A stretch of 63,981 nt of DNA from Chiloscyllium plagiosum (taxonomy: Eukaryota). Below, in pieces: positions 12,013 to 23,389 of this stretch; positions within the stretch are counted from its first letter, which is position 1; each line of letters begins with the position of its first letter. A program made the position numbers and the translations under genes. The DNA is taken from contig NC_057720.1 of the NCBI RefSeq assembly GCF_004010195.1, positions 13,278,042 through 13,342,022 on the forward strand, written 5' to 3'. The notes beneath the pieces were generated by a model. That model ran no database searches, had not been told where the DNA came from, and was given only the letters and a program-made list of their open reading frames with translations.

Positions 12013-12443
12013 TGATTTGGAGATGCCGGTGTTGGACTGGGGTGTACAAAGTTAAAAATCGCACAACACCAGGTTATACTCCAACAGGTTTAATTGGAAG
12101 CACACTAGCTTTCAGAGCGCCGCTCCTTCGTCAGGTGATTGTTGTCTAGCTAACACCAATTGTTACGTCTAACCTGAGAATGCAACTTTTAAAAAGGTTT
12201 TGTGATTTACACATGAAAGAAGTGAAACTATCATGGTATTTGAACAGATGAAAGACTCAACAGACAATCAAGGTATTTTTCAATGTATAATTTCAGTTAC
12301 ATCACACTGTAAATTTTTCTTATAAATTCTGTGCCTTACAATTGTGCCCTCCACAATCACCTGACGAAGGAGCGGCACTCTGAAAGCTCGTGTGCTTCCA
12401 ATTAAACCTGTTGAACAATAACCTGGTGTTGTGATTTTTAACT
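12013..12443. mobile_element. Penelope-derived element with inverted ends, family B
   Basis: ~100 bp inverted arms (~12043-12142 / ~12354-12450); TSD ttgtacagctta at 12001-12012 and 12444-12455; hammerhead cores on both strands. Confidence 0.85.
12358..12392 (+). ncRNA. Minimal hammerhead ribozyme-like motif (family B)
   Basis: cac-CTGACGA-A-ggag(cggca)ctct-GAAA-GCTC-gtg. The mirror copy on the - strand at ~12103-12137 ends GAAA-GCTA-gtg. Confidence 0.6.
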
Positions 12444-15030
12444 TTGTACAGCTTAGGTAGTCTCCTCCCCCATTCTCCCAAAAAAAATCTATTATTTGTG
12501 CTTCTTGCCGATGGAGAACCACCTGAATTGACTGACTTACTTTGAGACCAATATATACAGTATTGGAATATGAGTTACAGACTTAGAAATGTTGAGCCAA
12601 GCAACCAGAAATTCCTGAGGAGCATTTTAATAATGTACTAGAGATTTCATTTTGTGTCCTCCAAGAGAAGCATCATTTTTCTTCAACTCATTTGTAGGAT
12701 GAGAGTGTCGCTGGCTGAGCCAGCATTTATTGCCCATCCCTAGTTGCCCTTGAAAAGGTGGGGGGTGAACTGCCTTCTTGAACCATTGCAGTCTACCTGC
12801 TGCGGGTTGATGCACAATGCCATTAGGGAGGGAATCCCAGGATTTTGACCTATCAGTGGTGAAGGAATGATGATATATTTCCAAGTCAGGATGATGAGTG
12901 GCTTGGAGGGGAGCCTCCAAGTGGTGGTGTTCCCATGTATCTGCTGGTCTTGTCCTTCAAGATGGAAATGATTGTGAAAGGTGCTGTCTGTGGATCTTTG
13001 GTGAATTTTTGCAGTGCATCTTATAGATAATGCACATTGCTGCTACTGAGTGTCGATGGTGAAGGGAGTAGATGCTTGTGGATTTAGTGCCAGTCAAGTG
13101 GGCTGTTTTGTCCTGAATGGTGTCAAACTTCTTGAGTGTTGTTGGAGCTACACGGTCCATGCAAGTGGGGAGTATTCCATCACACTCCTGACTTGTGCCT
13201 TGTAGATGATGGACAGGTTTAGGGGAGTTAGGTGAGTTACTCACCGTAGTATTCCTAGCCTCTGATCTGAACTTGTAGCCACTGTATTTGTGGCGAGACC
13301 TATTGAGTTTCTGGCCAGTGATAACTCCCAGTATGTTAATAGTGAGGGATTCAGTGATGATAACACTGTTGAATGTCATGGGGCAGTGGTTAGATTGTCT
13401 CTTATTGGTGGTGGTCATAGCCTGGCATTTGTGTTGTGCAAATGTTACTTGCCACTTGTCAAGCCAAACCTGGATATTGTCTAGATCCTGTTGCATTTGA
13501 ACATGGACTGCCTCAGTATCTGAGGAGTTGCAAATAATGCTGAACATTGTACAATCATCGGTGAATATCCCCACTTCTGACCTTATGATGGAGGGAAAGT
13601 CATTGATGAAACAGCTGAAGATGGTTGGGCCGAGGACACTACGCTGAGAAAGTCCTGCAGAGATGTCCTAGAGCTGAGGTGACTGACCTCCAACAACCAC
13701 GACCATCTTCCTATGTGTCTGGTATGACTCCAACCAGTGGAGAGTTTCCCCCCAATACCCATTGATGCATTTTTTGCTCAAGCCCCTTGATGCCAGAATA
13801 AGTTGAATGCAGCTTTGATGTGAAGGGCTGTCACTCTCACCTCATCTCTAGAATTCAGCTCTTTTGTCTATGTTTGAACCAATGCTGTAATGAAGCTGAA
13901 TGGCTCTGGTGGAACCCAAATTGTGCGTCATTGAGCTGGCTATTGCTGAGCAGGTGCTGCTTGATAGCGCCATTGATGGTATCTTCCAGCATTTGACTGA
14001 TGATCGAGAGTATGCTGATCTGTCGGTAGTTGGCTGGGTTGCATTTGTCCTCCTTTTTATTTCCAGGACATACCTGGGCAATTTTCCATATTGTTGGGTT
14101 GGCGCCAAAGTTGAAACTGTACTGGAAAAGCTTGGCTAGAAAAGTAGCAAGTTCTGGAGCACAAGTCTTCAGTGTTATTGTTGGAATGTTGTCAGGGTCT
14201 GTAGCCTTTGCAGTATCCAGTGTGTCCAACCAATTTTTATGTCATGTAGAGTGAATTGAATTGGCTGAAGGCTGGTACCTATAATCCTGGGGACTGTTGG
14301 AGGAAGCCAAGATGGATCATCCATTCGGCACTTCTCGCTGCAGATTGCTGTGATTGCTTCAGCCTTAACTTTTGCACTGATGTGAGGATTGGGATATTTG
14401 TGGAGCTTCCTCCTCCAGTCAGTTGTTTAATTGTTCACCACCATTCATGAATGGATGTGACAAGATGGCAGAGCTTAGATCTGATCAGTTGTTGTAGCTC
14501 TATCTATCATTTGCAGCTTATGCTATTTGGCATGCAAGTAGTCCTGTTTGGTGGCTTCATCAGGTTAACACCTAATTTTCAGGTGTGCCTGCTGCTGCTC
14601 CTGGCACCCCCTTCTGAACTCTCTATTGAACCAGGTTTCATCCCCTGGCTTGATGATAATTGTTGAGTGGGAGATATGCTGAGCCATGCGATTGCAGATT
14701 GTGCTGGAATACAATTCTGCTCTTAATGGCCCACAGCGCCTCATGAATGCCCAGTCTTGAGTTGCTAGATCTGTTTGAAATCTGCCCCATTTAGCACAGT
14801 GATAGCACCTTTTGACACAATGGAGATTATTCTCAATGTGAAGGCAGGAATTCATTTGCACAAGGACTTGCAGTGGTTGTTCTTACCGCTACTGTCCTGG
14901 ACAGATGCATCGGCAACTGGCAGATTGGTAAGAATATTTTCCCTTTAGTTGGCTCTTTCACCACCTGCTACAGACCTCATCTAGCAGCTATAGGTCTTTT
15001 AAGACCCGGTCAGGTCGATCAGTAGTACTG

Positions 15031-15611
15031 AGGTGTAGATTTGATTGCTAGGAGACGTCATCAGTGCGTCTCTGACAAAGTGTTGGTGCTCTGTCCTGCC
15101 TGCTATTTAAGCACTTAAATACAAGGCATGTCACACTGCAACACTTCATCAAAGACACACTGACGATGTCATCTAGCGAGGCAACACAACATTATGGGCG
15201 GCACGGTGGCAATGGGCGGCACGGTGGCACAGTGGTTAGCACTGTTGCCTCACAGTGCCAGAGACCCGGGTTCAATTCCCGCCTCAGGCGATTGACTGTG
15301 TGGAGTTTGCACATTCTCCCTGTATCTGCGTGGGTTTTCTCCGGGTGCTCCGGTTTCCTCCCACAGTCCAAAAATATGCAGGTTAGGTGCATATTGGCCA
15401 TGCCAAATTGCCCGTAGTGTTAGGTGTCGGGGAATGGGTCTGGGTGGGTTGCGCTTCGGCAGGTCGGTGTGGACTTGTTGGGCCGAAGGGCCTGTTTCCA
15501 CACTGAAAGTAATCTAGTCTAATCTAAACATTTGCAGAAAAACACACCAGCTCGGCGAACGAATCTACACCTCATCTACCACCTGAACTACAAATCTTTT
15601 CAAAAACTCTA
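15031..15611. mobile_element. Penelope-derived fold-back element, family C, nested in the LINE
   Basis: TSD gatcagta(g/t)tactg at 15017-15030 and 15612-15625; inverted segments centred on tatttaagcacttaaata; degenerate CTGACGA core near 15160. Confidence 0.75.
15194..15526 (+). mobile_element. HE1-type V-SINE
   Basis: tRNA-like head with A box TGGCACAGTGG and B box GGTTCAATTCC; V domain (gtgtggagtttgcac..ggtttcctcccacagtcc); CR1-derived tail ending (aatct)n; TSD aacatt. Confidence 0.92.
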
Positions 15612-16139
15612 GATCAGTATTACTGTTGCGGAGCCACTTTTAATAGTGGACGTTGAAATCCCCCACCCAGAGTACGTTTTTTGCCTTTGTCATCCTCAGT
15701 GTTTCCTCCAAATGTTGTTCAACTTGGAGGAGTACAAATTTATCAATCAAAGGAGGATGGTACTTGGTAATTAGCAAGAGGTTCCCTTGGCCATGTTTAA
15801 TCTGAAGCCATGAGGCTTCATGATGTCCAAGTCAATGTTGAGGACACTTAGGGTAGCTCCTGACTGTGCTACCACCACTGTTGGGTCTGTTCTGCCAGTG
15901 GGACAGGACATATCCAAGGTGGCTCCTGGGACATTGTCTTGAGGTGTGATTCCATGAATATGACGTCAGGCTGTTGTTGATTAGTCTGTGAGAGAGCTCA
16001 CCCAATTTTGGTACCAGCCCACAGATGTAAATGCGGAGCACTTTGCAGGGTCAACAAGGCTATTTCTGCTGTTGTCTTTTCTGGTGCCTAGGTCAATGCC
16101 AGGTGATCCATCCAGTTTTGAAGCTTGCAGGGCCACTTC

Positions 16140-16408
16140 AGAGGGTAATTGAGAGTAAACCACATTGCTGTGTGTATGGAGTCACTTGTATGGCAGACCA
16201 GATGAGGATGGCAGATTTCCTTCCCTGAAGGATATTAGTGAATCAGATGGGTGTTTCCGACAATCTACGATGGTTTCATGGTCAACAGTAGATACTTAAT
16301 TCCAGACGGTTTTTTTTCAATTGCAATGACAAGATTCAAACCCAAGTCCCCAGCCCTGTATTCGAATTTCTAGATTAATAGTTTAGCAATAATACCACTA
16401 GGCCACTG
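16140..16408 (-). mobile_element. SINE family B copy
   Basis: Reverse complement of the 43488-43838 body (ccttccctgaaggatattagtgaa..ggtttcatggtc). Confidence 0.75.
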
Positions 16409-16872
16409 CTTTATATTATACTGTTTAGGCTGATGAGGTAGATATGGATATTAGATATGTAATACCTTTTCTGATTCATTGGAGATGTTGTATCCTGAAA
16501 ACATTTGAGATTTTCACTCATTATTTCAAGGTAATGTATTTATTTTTACATTTTGATCACTCATCTCTGGATTTAATTTCAATTTATAAAATCTTAAATC
16601 TTTCAACTATTGCTATTCAAATGTAGAAAATATTCTTGATAAGTTTGCCCATTTCAGAAGAGATGGGCAAAACTAAAATGGATATTAAGTACGACTGATA
16701 AAGGATGAGACAAAGGCAGCCAAAAACAATAATCTTGATCAAGATGTGAAATCACTGCAGGTGGAGTTAGGAAATAGCAAAAAGATAGAAATCACTGATG
16801 TGTTTTATAGCCCACTCATCCCCCACCACCCTGAGTAATTAGATAATTGAGCAAATTATGTATCAAGTAATC

Positions 16873-18100
16873 AGCAAAGCATTCGACAAGATTCCGCATG
16901 GTAGACTGGTTTTTGAGGTGAGATCACATGGGATCCGGGGTCAGTAACCATTTGGATACAAAGTCGGCTTGAAGGTAGGTGACAGAGAGTGGTGGTGAAT
17001 GGTTGTTTTTCAGACTGGAGGCCTGTTACCAGGGGTGTGCCACAAGGATTGGTGCTGGGTCCACTGCTTTTTTTCATTTATATAAATGATTTGGATGTGA
17101 ATATAGGAAACATGATTAGAAAGTTTGTTGATGACACCAAAATGATTTGGAGATGAAAATGATTTAGAAATGATTTGATGATGATGTTGGACTGGGATGT
17201 ACAAAGTTAAAAATCTTACAACACCAGGTTCTCGTCCAACAGGTTTAATTGGAAGCACTAGCTTTTGGGGCGCCTGATAAAGAAGCAGTGTGATTTTTAA
17301 CTTTGGACACCAAAATAGGTGGGGTAGTGGACAGTGAAGAAGGTTACCTCAGAGTTCAACAAGACCTTGATCAGGTGAGCCAGTGGGATGAGGAGTGGCA
17401 GATGGAGTTTAATTTCGATAAATATGAGGTGTTGTGTTTTAATAAGGCAAACCAGGGTAGGACTTGTAGTAAAGAAGGCATTTGGCGCACTTGCCTTCAT
17501 TGATCAGAACATTGAGTATAGAAGTTGGGACGTCATGTTGAGGCTTTGCAGGACATTTTTGATATCACTTTTCGAATACTGTGCACAGTTCTGGTCTCCC
17601 TCCTATAGGAAGGATGTTGTTAACTTGAGAGTGTACAGAAAAGATTGACAAGCATGTTGCTGGGACCGGAGAGTTTCAGCTATAGGCGAGGCCGAATAGG
17701 CTGTTTTTTTTCCTGGGAGAATCAAACGCTGAGGGATCTTTAGTTGTTTACAGTATTTTGAGGGGCATGGATAGGGTGAATAACCAGGGTCTTTTTCCTG
17801 GGGTGGGAGAGTCTAAAACTGGAGGACATAGGTTTAAGGTGAGAGGTGAAAGATTTAATAAGGACCTAAGGGGCAACATTTTCACGCGAAAGCTGGTGCA
17901 TGTATGGAACGAGCAGGCTGAGGAAGTGGTGGAGGCTATTACAATTACAATATTTAAAGGGAATCTGGGTGGGTATATGAATAAGAAGGGTGAGAGGGAT
18001 GTGGGCCAAATGTTGCCAAATGGGACTTGGTCAGATTAGGATGTCTGGGCAGTGCTGACAAGTTGGACTGAAGGGTCTGTTTCCAAACTGTATGACTCTT
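16873..18100 (+). mobile_element. HER1-type CR1 RT-to-3' fragment
   Basis: [28 protein letters not shown]; tail ggtctgtttcc..tatgactct. Confidence 0.88.
17144..17305 (-). mobile_element. Internally deleted family B Penelope-derived insert in the CR1 FADDTK motif
   Basis: TSD gacaccaaaat at 17133-17143 and 17306-17316; sequence matches 12013-12120. Confidence 0.75.
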
Positions 18101-18780
18101 CAAATTAGAGGTGCATATAATAAGCATAAGACAAAAATATGGGAAGCTTTAATTTTCATAAAGATGGACGAAACTAAGTTGGTAGAAGTAACTTGAAGAG
18201 CAGTTTCATGGAGTTCATTCTAAACAATTTTCTAGAGTAATACAGGATGTCCTTCCTTAGAATTTTAGGAGCACAACTCAACTTTACCAATTTTAAGTGA
18301 AGCATGGTTTCCCAACAGGAATCATTGTTAAAATCAGAGCTAAGTTACTGAAGATAATTTTTGCTTTGGAAAATCACTGCATTAGTTGAAATAATGTTAT
18401 CACGCATGTGCTACACAGTACATTGCAAGCTGAATTAATTTGCCTCCATCTGGCTGATTTCAGTGCTTGCCTCCATATGTTTCTCAGAGGTAGCCTGCAA
18501 AGCAAAAAATTAATAAGGCTCCTTTTTTTTAGGATGCCCATGCACTGTTATACTGACCATCTGAATGTTGGCCCAGAAACAATTCTCCATGGGAAATCCA
18601 CTTGGGGATTCTGTAGGTATTTGTGCGGGTGACATGGCCTGCCAACTTAAGTTGAGTTTTCTCTTGGGTGATTCCTATGATGTTGACACCCTTGTGTCTT
18701 TGGAAACATCAAAAGCAGTGATAGAATGCCTGTGGCAGAACCAGATGTAATGTCATACAGTAGGGTGTTTAGTATAATAA

Positions 18781-19015
18781 GAGAAAGTGAGGACTGCAGA
18801 TTCTAGAGATCAGAGGTGAAAAGTGTGGCGCTGAAAAAGCACAGCAGGTCAGGCAGCATCCGAGGAGCAGAAGAGTCAACGTTTCAGGCATAAGCCTTCA
18901 TCAGGAATGTTCATTATTCCTGGTGAAAGGCTTATGCCCGAAACGTCGACTGTCTTGTTCCTCGGATACTGCCTGACCTGCTGTGCTTTGCCAGCACCAC
19001 AGTTTACCACTCTGG
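18781..19015. mobile_element. Penelope-derived fold-back element, family A
   Basis: Inverted arms around ~18912; ccttcatcagg / cctggtgaaaggcttatgcccgaaacgtc; degenerate TSD. Confidence 0.82.
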
Positions 19016-20069
19016 TAAGTCTAATGACCTGGTTGTTTTTAGCCTTGGTTTAATGTCATGCTGTTCTAAGCATGGTCATGGAATTGATATTATGTGGGCA
19101 GAGCTTGCTTTTTTAAGAAATATGTTGATATCATTATCAATCGTGGCATTCTTAGAAAGCATAGAATGTATGAAAATTCCTGTACAATTTTGAGACTAGT
19201 GCATTAGTGGTTTTTCTGGTGCTCCATAGACTCTACATGGTCCTGTCAGTTTTGGAGACGCATGTTTCTGACAGTATGAGTTAACCTGTTTGATGACATT
19301 GACTCTCCCACCTGGGAGGTTTGAGCAAATATTGCAAAATTCTGGGCTAACTAAGTAACACAATTGACGTATTTGTGCTGCCAAAATTGTTAAGCAGTTG
19401 GGAAGTTGACTGGCCATTAATTGTAAGGGGCTAAGTCTCTTGGAGTGTAGGAGTAATGAAGTCTGAGGCTCTATCTGAGACCACAGTAAGGGTAATTTTT
19501 ACCATTTTGCGTTCCTAACTGAAGGCAGCCTTGTCTCCAGTTGTCTTGGAAATCCTTGCCACTAGATCAAGATCTTGGTCCTCCTAGTCTATGTGGTAGC
19601 AGGTTTACAATGGCCCTCCTTGTTGAAAGAATTCATATGCAGGTAACTTCCACTCCTCAGAATGAAATTTGGAACGTAAACCAACATCCACAGACTGGTA
19701 CTACTAGCTTTACTCAAAGTTTAGACTTGACATCATCACCTTCAGTAAGATACAACAAGCAGGGGAAAGCCAGATCAAGAAACAACGTGGCAGTTCCACC
19801 TTACTCTAGGAGAGTAAATCAGAAGAACAGAATCGCCTACGCAGGATGGGTTTCACAATGAAAAACAAGTTGATCATCCCAGAGGTTTGCCTTGTGGAAT
19901 AAAGGAACTCCTCATACCACTTCAGCTTACCCAAAACTTGTGTGCACTACATTCCTCAACAGAGGATGCTGTAGACAAAGAAGGGTTTTATATGTCGGAC
20001 AGTCCCTGACCTGAGTCCAAATTCATGATAAAGTGATCCTCCCTGGCAATTTTAGTGACACTGTTGCGA

Positions 20070-20390
20070 AGGGTTAGGTAGGATGGACAGTGAGAGCCTT
20101 TTTCCTCTGATGGTGATGGCTAGCACAAGGGGGCATAGCTTTAAATTGAGGTGTGATAGATATAGGACAGATGTCAGAAATAGGTTCTTTACTCAGAGTA
20201 GTATGGGTGTGGAATGCACTGCCTGCAACAGTCGTAGACTTGCCAACTTTAAGGGCATTTAAATGGTCATTGGATAGACATATGGATGAAAATGGAATAG
20301 TGTAGGTTAGATAGGTTTCAGACTGGTTTCACAGGTCAGGGCAACATCGAGGGCCGAAGGGTCTGTACTGCGCTGTAATGTTCTATGTTC
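20070..20390 (+). mobile_element. CR1 3' fragment (same family as 1991-2426)
   Basis: gggcatagctttaaattgag..gggccgaagggtctgtactgcgctgtaatgttctatgttc. Confidence 0.85.
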
Positions 20391-21789
20391 CAAAACCTCT
20401 GGGGACATGTAATCAACAAAAAGTGAATAGTGAAATTTAACAACAACAGTACCCTGCTCCTGATATAATGTCTAGAACACACATTTACCAGACCAACACC
20501 TTGTTTTGTCTTATTTCTCACGAATATGTGAAAATTGGATGTAATTGAATATGACTGTTTTCGAGACCCTGTGTTTCAATCTCTTACCTAACTTCCTAAA
20601 ATCTTTAATTCAGGACCTCATCCTCATTCCTACTCAAGTCATTTGTACCAATGTGGAACAAGACCTCTTCCTGAACACCCTCCCCTAGAAGAGTGCCCTG
20701 AGCTGCTCCATAACATCTTTTTACCATAGGACCACAGAGCAGCATGCTGTTTTGGAATCGCATCTACAGCCACATCTCATTATGGAATCTGCTTTCACTA
20801 TTGCTGTTTCATTCTTCTGAATAGGAGGTTTCTATTTCTGTTTCCTGAAAACAACTGACTCAAATTTCAAAAAAGCTGGTTTAGTCAGCAATTAACTAGC
20901 TACATCTTTTGGGTTTGAGCCTATTATCCCTGATTTAAGGCAGCAATAAACTCTTTTAATTTAACATAAAAGAGTAATGTTTAGTTAATTGCTAAACTTA
21001 AATCAAAAATTAGACTTTTGATAAAAGTTACTCTTGAAAATGCTCACACTCTCTAGCTGTCAGTGCAAACCTACTTAAAGTTTAAAACTCTTGAGTATCA
21101 GAGGAGTTACGACTACTTTTTCTGCTCCCTGTTTTGCTGTAACTCAGGAGTGCAGTGGTGATTTTAAAAAAAGATGCTAACTTACTGTCTGGCAATAAAC
21201 CAAAGAAATAGCAGCAGAGCAGATATGGTTAACTGATATCACTGCACTGTTTTCATTTCATTTCATTAATGATGAGGTATATTCTATATTCATTGAACAA
21301 ACATTCCTTACTTAATTCTTAGGGGGGAGTAAAAGGCTTTCTATTTAAATGAAATCCTCCTGGAACATAAAAATGGGTTAAAAGCTTTGGCATTTATATT
21401 GTTAGCAATCTGTTTGCAAAATGTTTAGCATCCATCATTACAAATAAAGACCTGAACAAAGTTCTTAACAAAATAGAAACTTGGTTAAAATTAAGAGATG
21501 CTGTTTTTCTTAATTCCTTGAAAATAACAAGAATATTCATTTGGGTGCAGTAAATACATGATGTGTTTTTATATGTACAACATTGACTTATTGGGTTAGT
21601 TGCTATGCTATATTTATAGACATAGCAAGTATAAACAGAAGCATTGGAATGGTAGAACTGTAAATTCAGAAAATATTTAATAAGTCACAAATATTTACAG
21701 TTGCGCCCAGAGCAATATTGAAAATCATTTTGCATAGTATTTAACATTGAAATCAACAATAAATGTTGTTTCTCTTCTCATTGCTTCAG

Positions 21790-21928
21790 ATATGGTGTGA
21801 AAAAGAAACCCATCTATGTAAATGTTATTCGAGATCCCATTGAGCGACTAGTGTCGTACTACTATTTTCTGCGCTTTGGTGATGACTATAGGCCTGGTCT
21901 AAAGAGAAGAAAACAGGGAGATAAAAAG
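21790..21928 (+). CDS. HS2ST1: Heparan sulfate 2-O-sulfotransferase 1, internal coding exon (equivalent to human exon 4)
   Basis: Polypyrimidine tract and CAG acceptor ending at 21789; GT donor at 21929. The 139 bp translate (K)YGVKKKPIYVNVIRDPIERLVSYYYFLRFGDDYRPGLKRRKQGDKK, matching HS2ST1 including the 3'-phosphate-binding RDP..R..S motif. Confidence 0.97.
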
Positions 21929-22059
21929 GTATTGTGCACAATACAAAAGTAATTGGAATAATATTTAAAATCTCAATAGCCAGGGCAACATAACAAAATG
22001 TGAGAGCTACTTGACCATTTTTGAGAGTTGATTTTAGGACTGTTCAATTTACTTTATTA

Positions 22060-22722
22060 TAGAGTCATAGAGATGTACAGCATGGAAACAGACTTTCCGG
22101 TCCAACCTGTCCATGCCGACCAAATATCCCAACCCAATCTCGTCCCACCTGCCAGCACCCGGCCCAATTCCCTACAAACCCTTCCTATTCATATACCCAT
22201 CCAAATGCCTCTTAAATATTGAAATTGTACCAGCCTCCACCACATCCTTTGGCAGCTCATTCCATACATGTACCACACTCTGCGTGAAAAAGTTGCCCCT
22301 TAGGTCTCTTTTATATCTTTCCCCTCTCACCCTAAACCTATGCCCTCTAGTTTTGGACTCCCCGACCCCAGGGAAAAGACTTTGTCTATTTATCCTATCC
22401 ATGCCCCTCATAATTTTGTAAACCTCTATACGGTCTCCCCTCAGCCTCCGACGCTCCAGGGAAAACAGCCCCAGCCTGTTCAGCCTCTCCCTATAGCTCA
22501 AATCCTCCAATCCTGGCAACATCCTTGTAAATCTTTTCTGAACCCTTTCAAGTTTCACAACATCTTTCCGATAGGAAGGAGACCAGAATCGCATGCAATA
22601 TTCCAACAGTGGCATAAGCAATGTCCTGTACAGCCGCAACATGACCTCCCAACTCCTGTACTCAATACTCTAACCAATAAAGGAAAGCATACCAAACGCC
22701 GCCTTCACTATCCTATCTACCT
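22060..22722 (-). mobile_element. Well-preserved HER1-type CR1 3' fragment in the intron after exon 4
   Basis: ORF 22172..22642 LYRTL..LEYC..FWSP..LERVQKRFTRMLPG..WNELP; (ctctatga)n tail at 22060. Confidence 0.93.
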
Positions 22723-23012
22723 ACGTTTGGTTGTAAATGGATACAACACTCATTCCACTCTTTTTTTTTTAAATTTTATAACCAGACATGAGGGTAGGAC
22801 AGACTTAATACTGTCCAACGTTTTTTTTCTGCCAAGCTATCATTGGTGTTCACCCTGGAACGTGCTTCTATGTTGTTTAATTGTACTGTATAGACTGCAA
22901 ATAATTTTTGCAGCACTTTCACACAAGTGACATTAATCATGTAACTGGTAATCATTGCAAGTAGAGATCATGAAAAAGTATTCTTTCCATCATCTGTTAA
23001 ATAGAGTGATAG

Positions 23013-23388
23013 TGTCAAGAGTCATACAGCATGGAAACAGACTCTTTGGTCCAACCAGCCCATGCTGACCATAATCCCAAGGCCTTTTTCCCAGAGTAGA
23101 GGAGTCCAAAACTAGAAGGCATAGGTTTAAGGTGAAAAGAGAATGATTTAAAAGGGATCTGAGGGGCAACATTTTCTTGCAGAAGGTGATTCCTGTATGG
23201 AATGAATTGCCAGAGGAGATGTTGGAGCTGGTACCATTACAACATTTAACAGGTATATGAATAGGATGTGTTTAGAGGGATATGGGCCAAATGCTGGCAA
23301 ATGGGAGTAGATTAATTTAGGATATCCGATTGGCTCGGATGAGTGATTGAAGGGTCTGTTTCAGTTTGTGCAATTTTATGACTCCATG
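23013..23388 (+). mobile_element. HER1-type CR1 3' fragment preceded by an antisense tail piece
   Basis: 23013-23078 is an antisense tail; 23079-23388 is the sense 3' region. Confidence 0.75.
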
Positions 23389-23389
23389 A

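Larger units (their letters stand above)
12675..16130 (-). mobile_element. CR1/L2-group LINE, near-complete degenerate ORF2 (EN+RT) with 3' tail
   Basis: EN: GLVPKLGELSHRL..GYVLSHWQNRP. RT: KATDPDNIP..NPANYRQISILS and FTDDCTMF..QQDLDNIQVW. 3' tail gggcaataaatgctggc. Confidence 0.9.

Noticed and set aside
15212..15285. tRNA gene (also at 45483)
   Set aside because: A/B boxes run on into the V domain and LINE tail, so these are SINE heads.
19541..20070. 106-aa ORF with faint Penelope-like VAVPPY motif
   Set aside because: Similarity is too weak to support a call.
1..21789. HS2ST1 exons 1-3 (e.g. the RFVKN..KPGFYHGH exon)
   Set aside because: No matching sequence found by eye; they are presumed upstream of the window.
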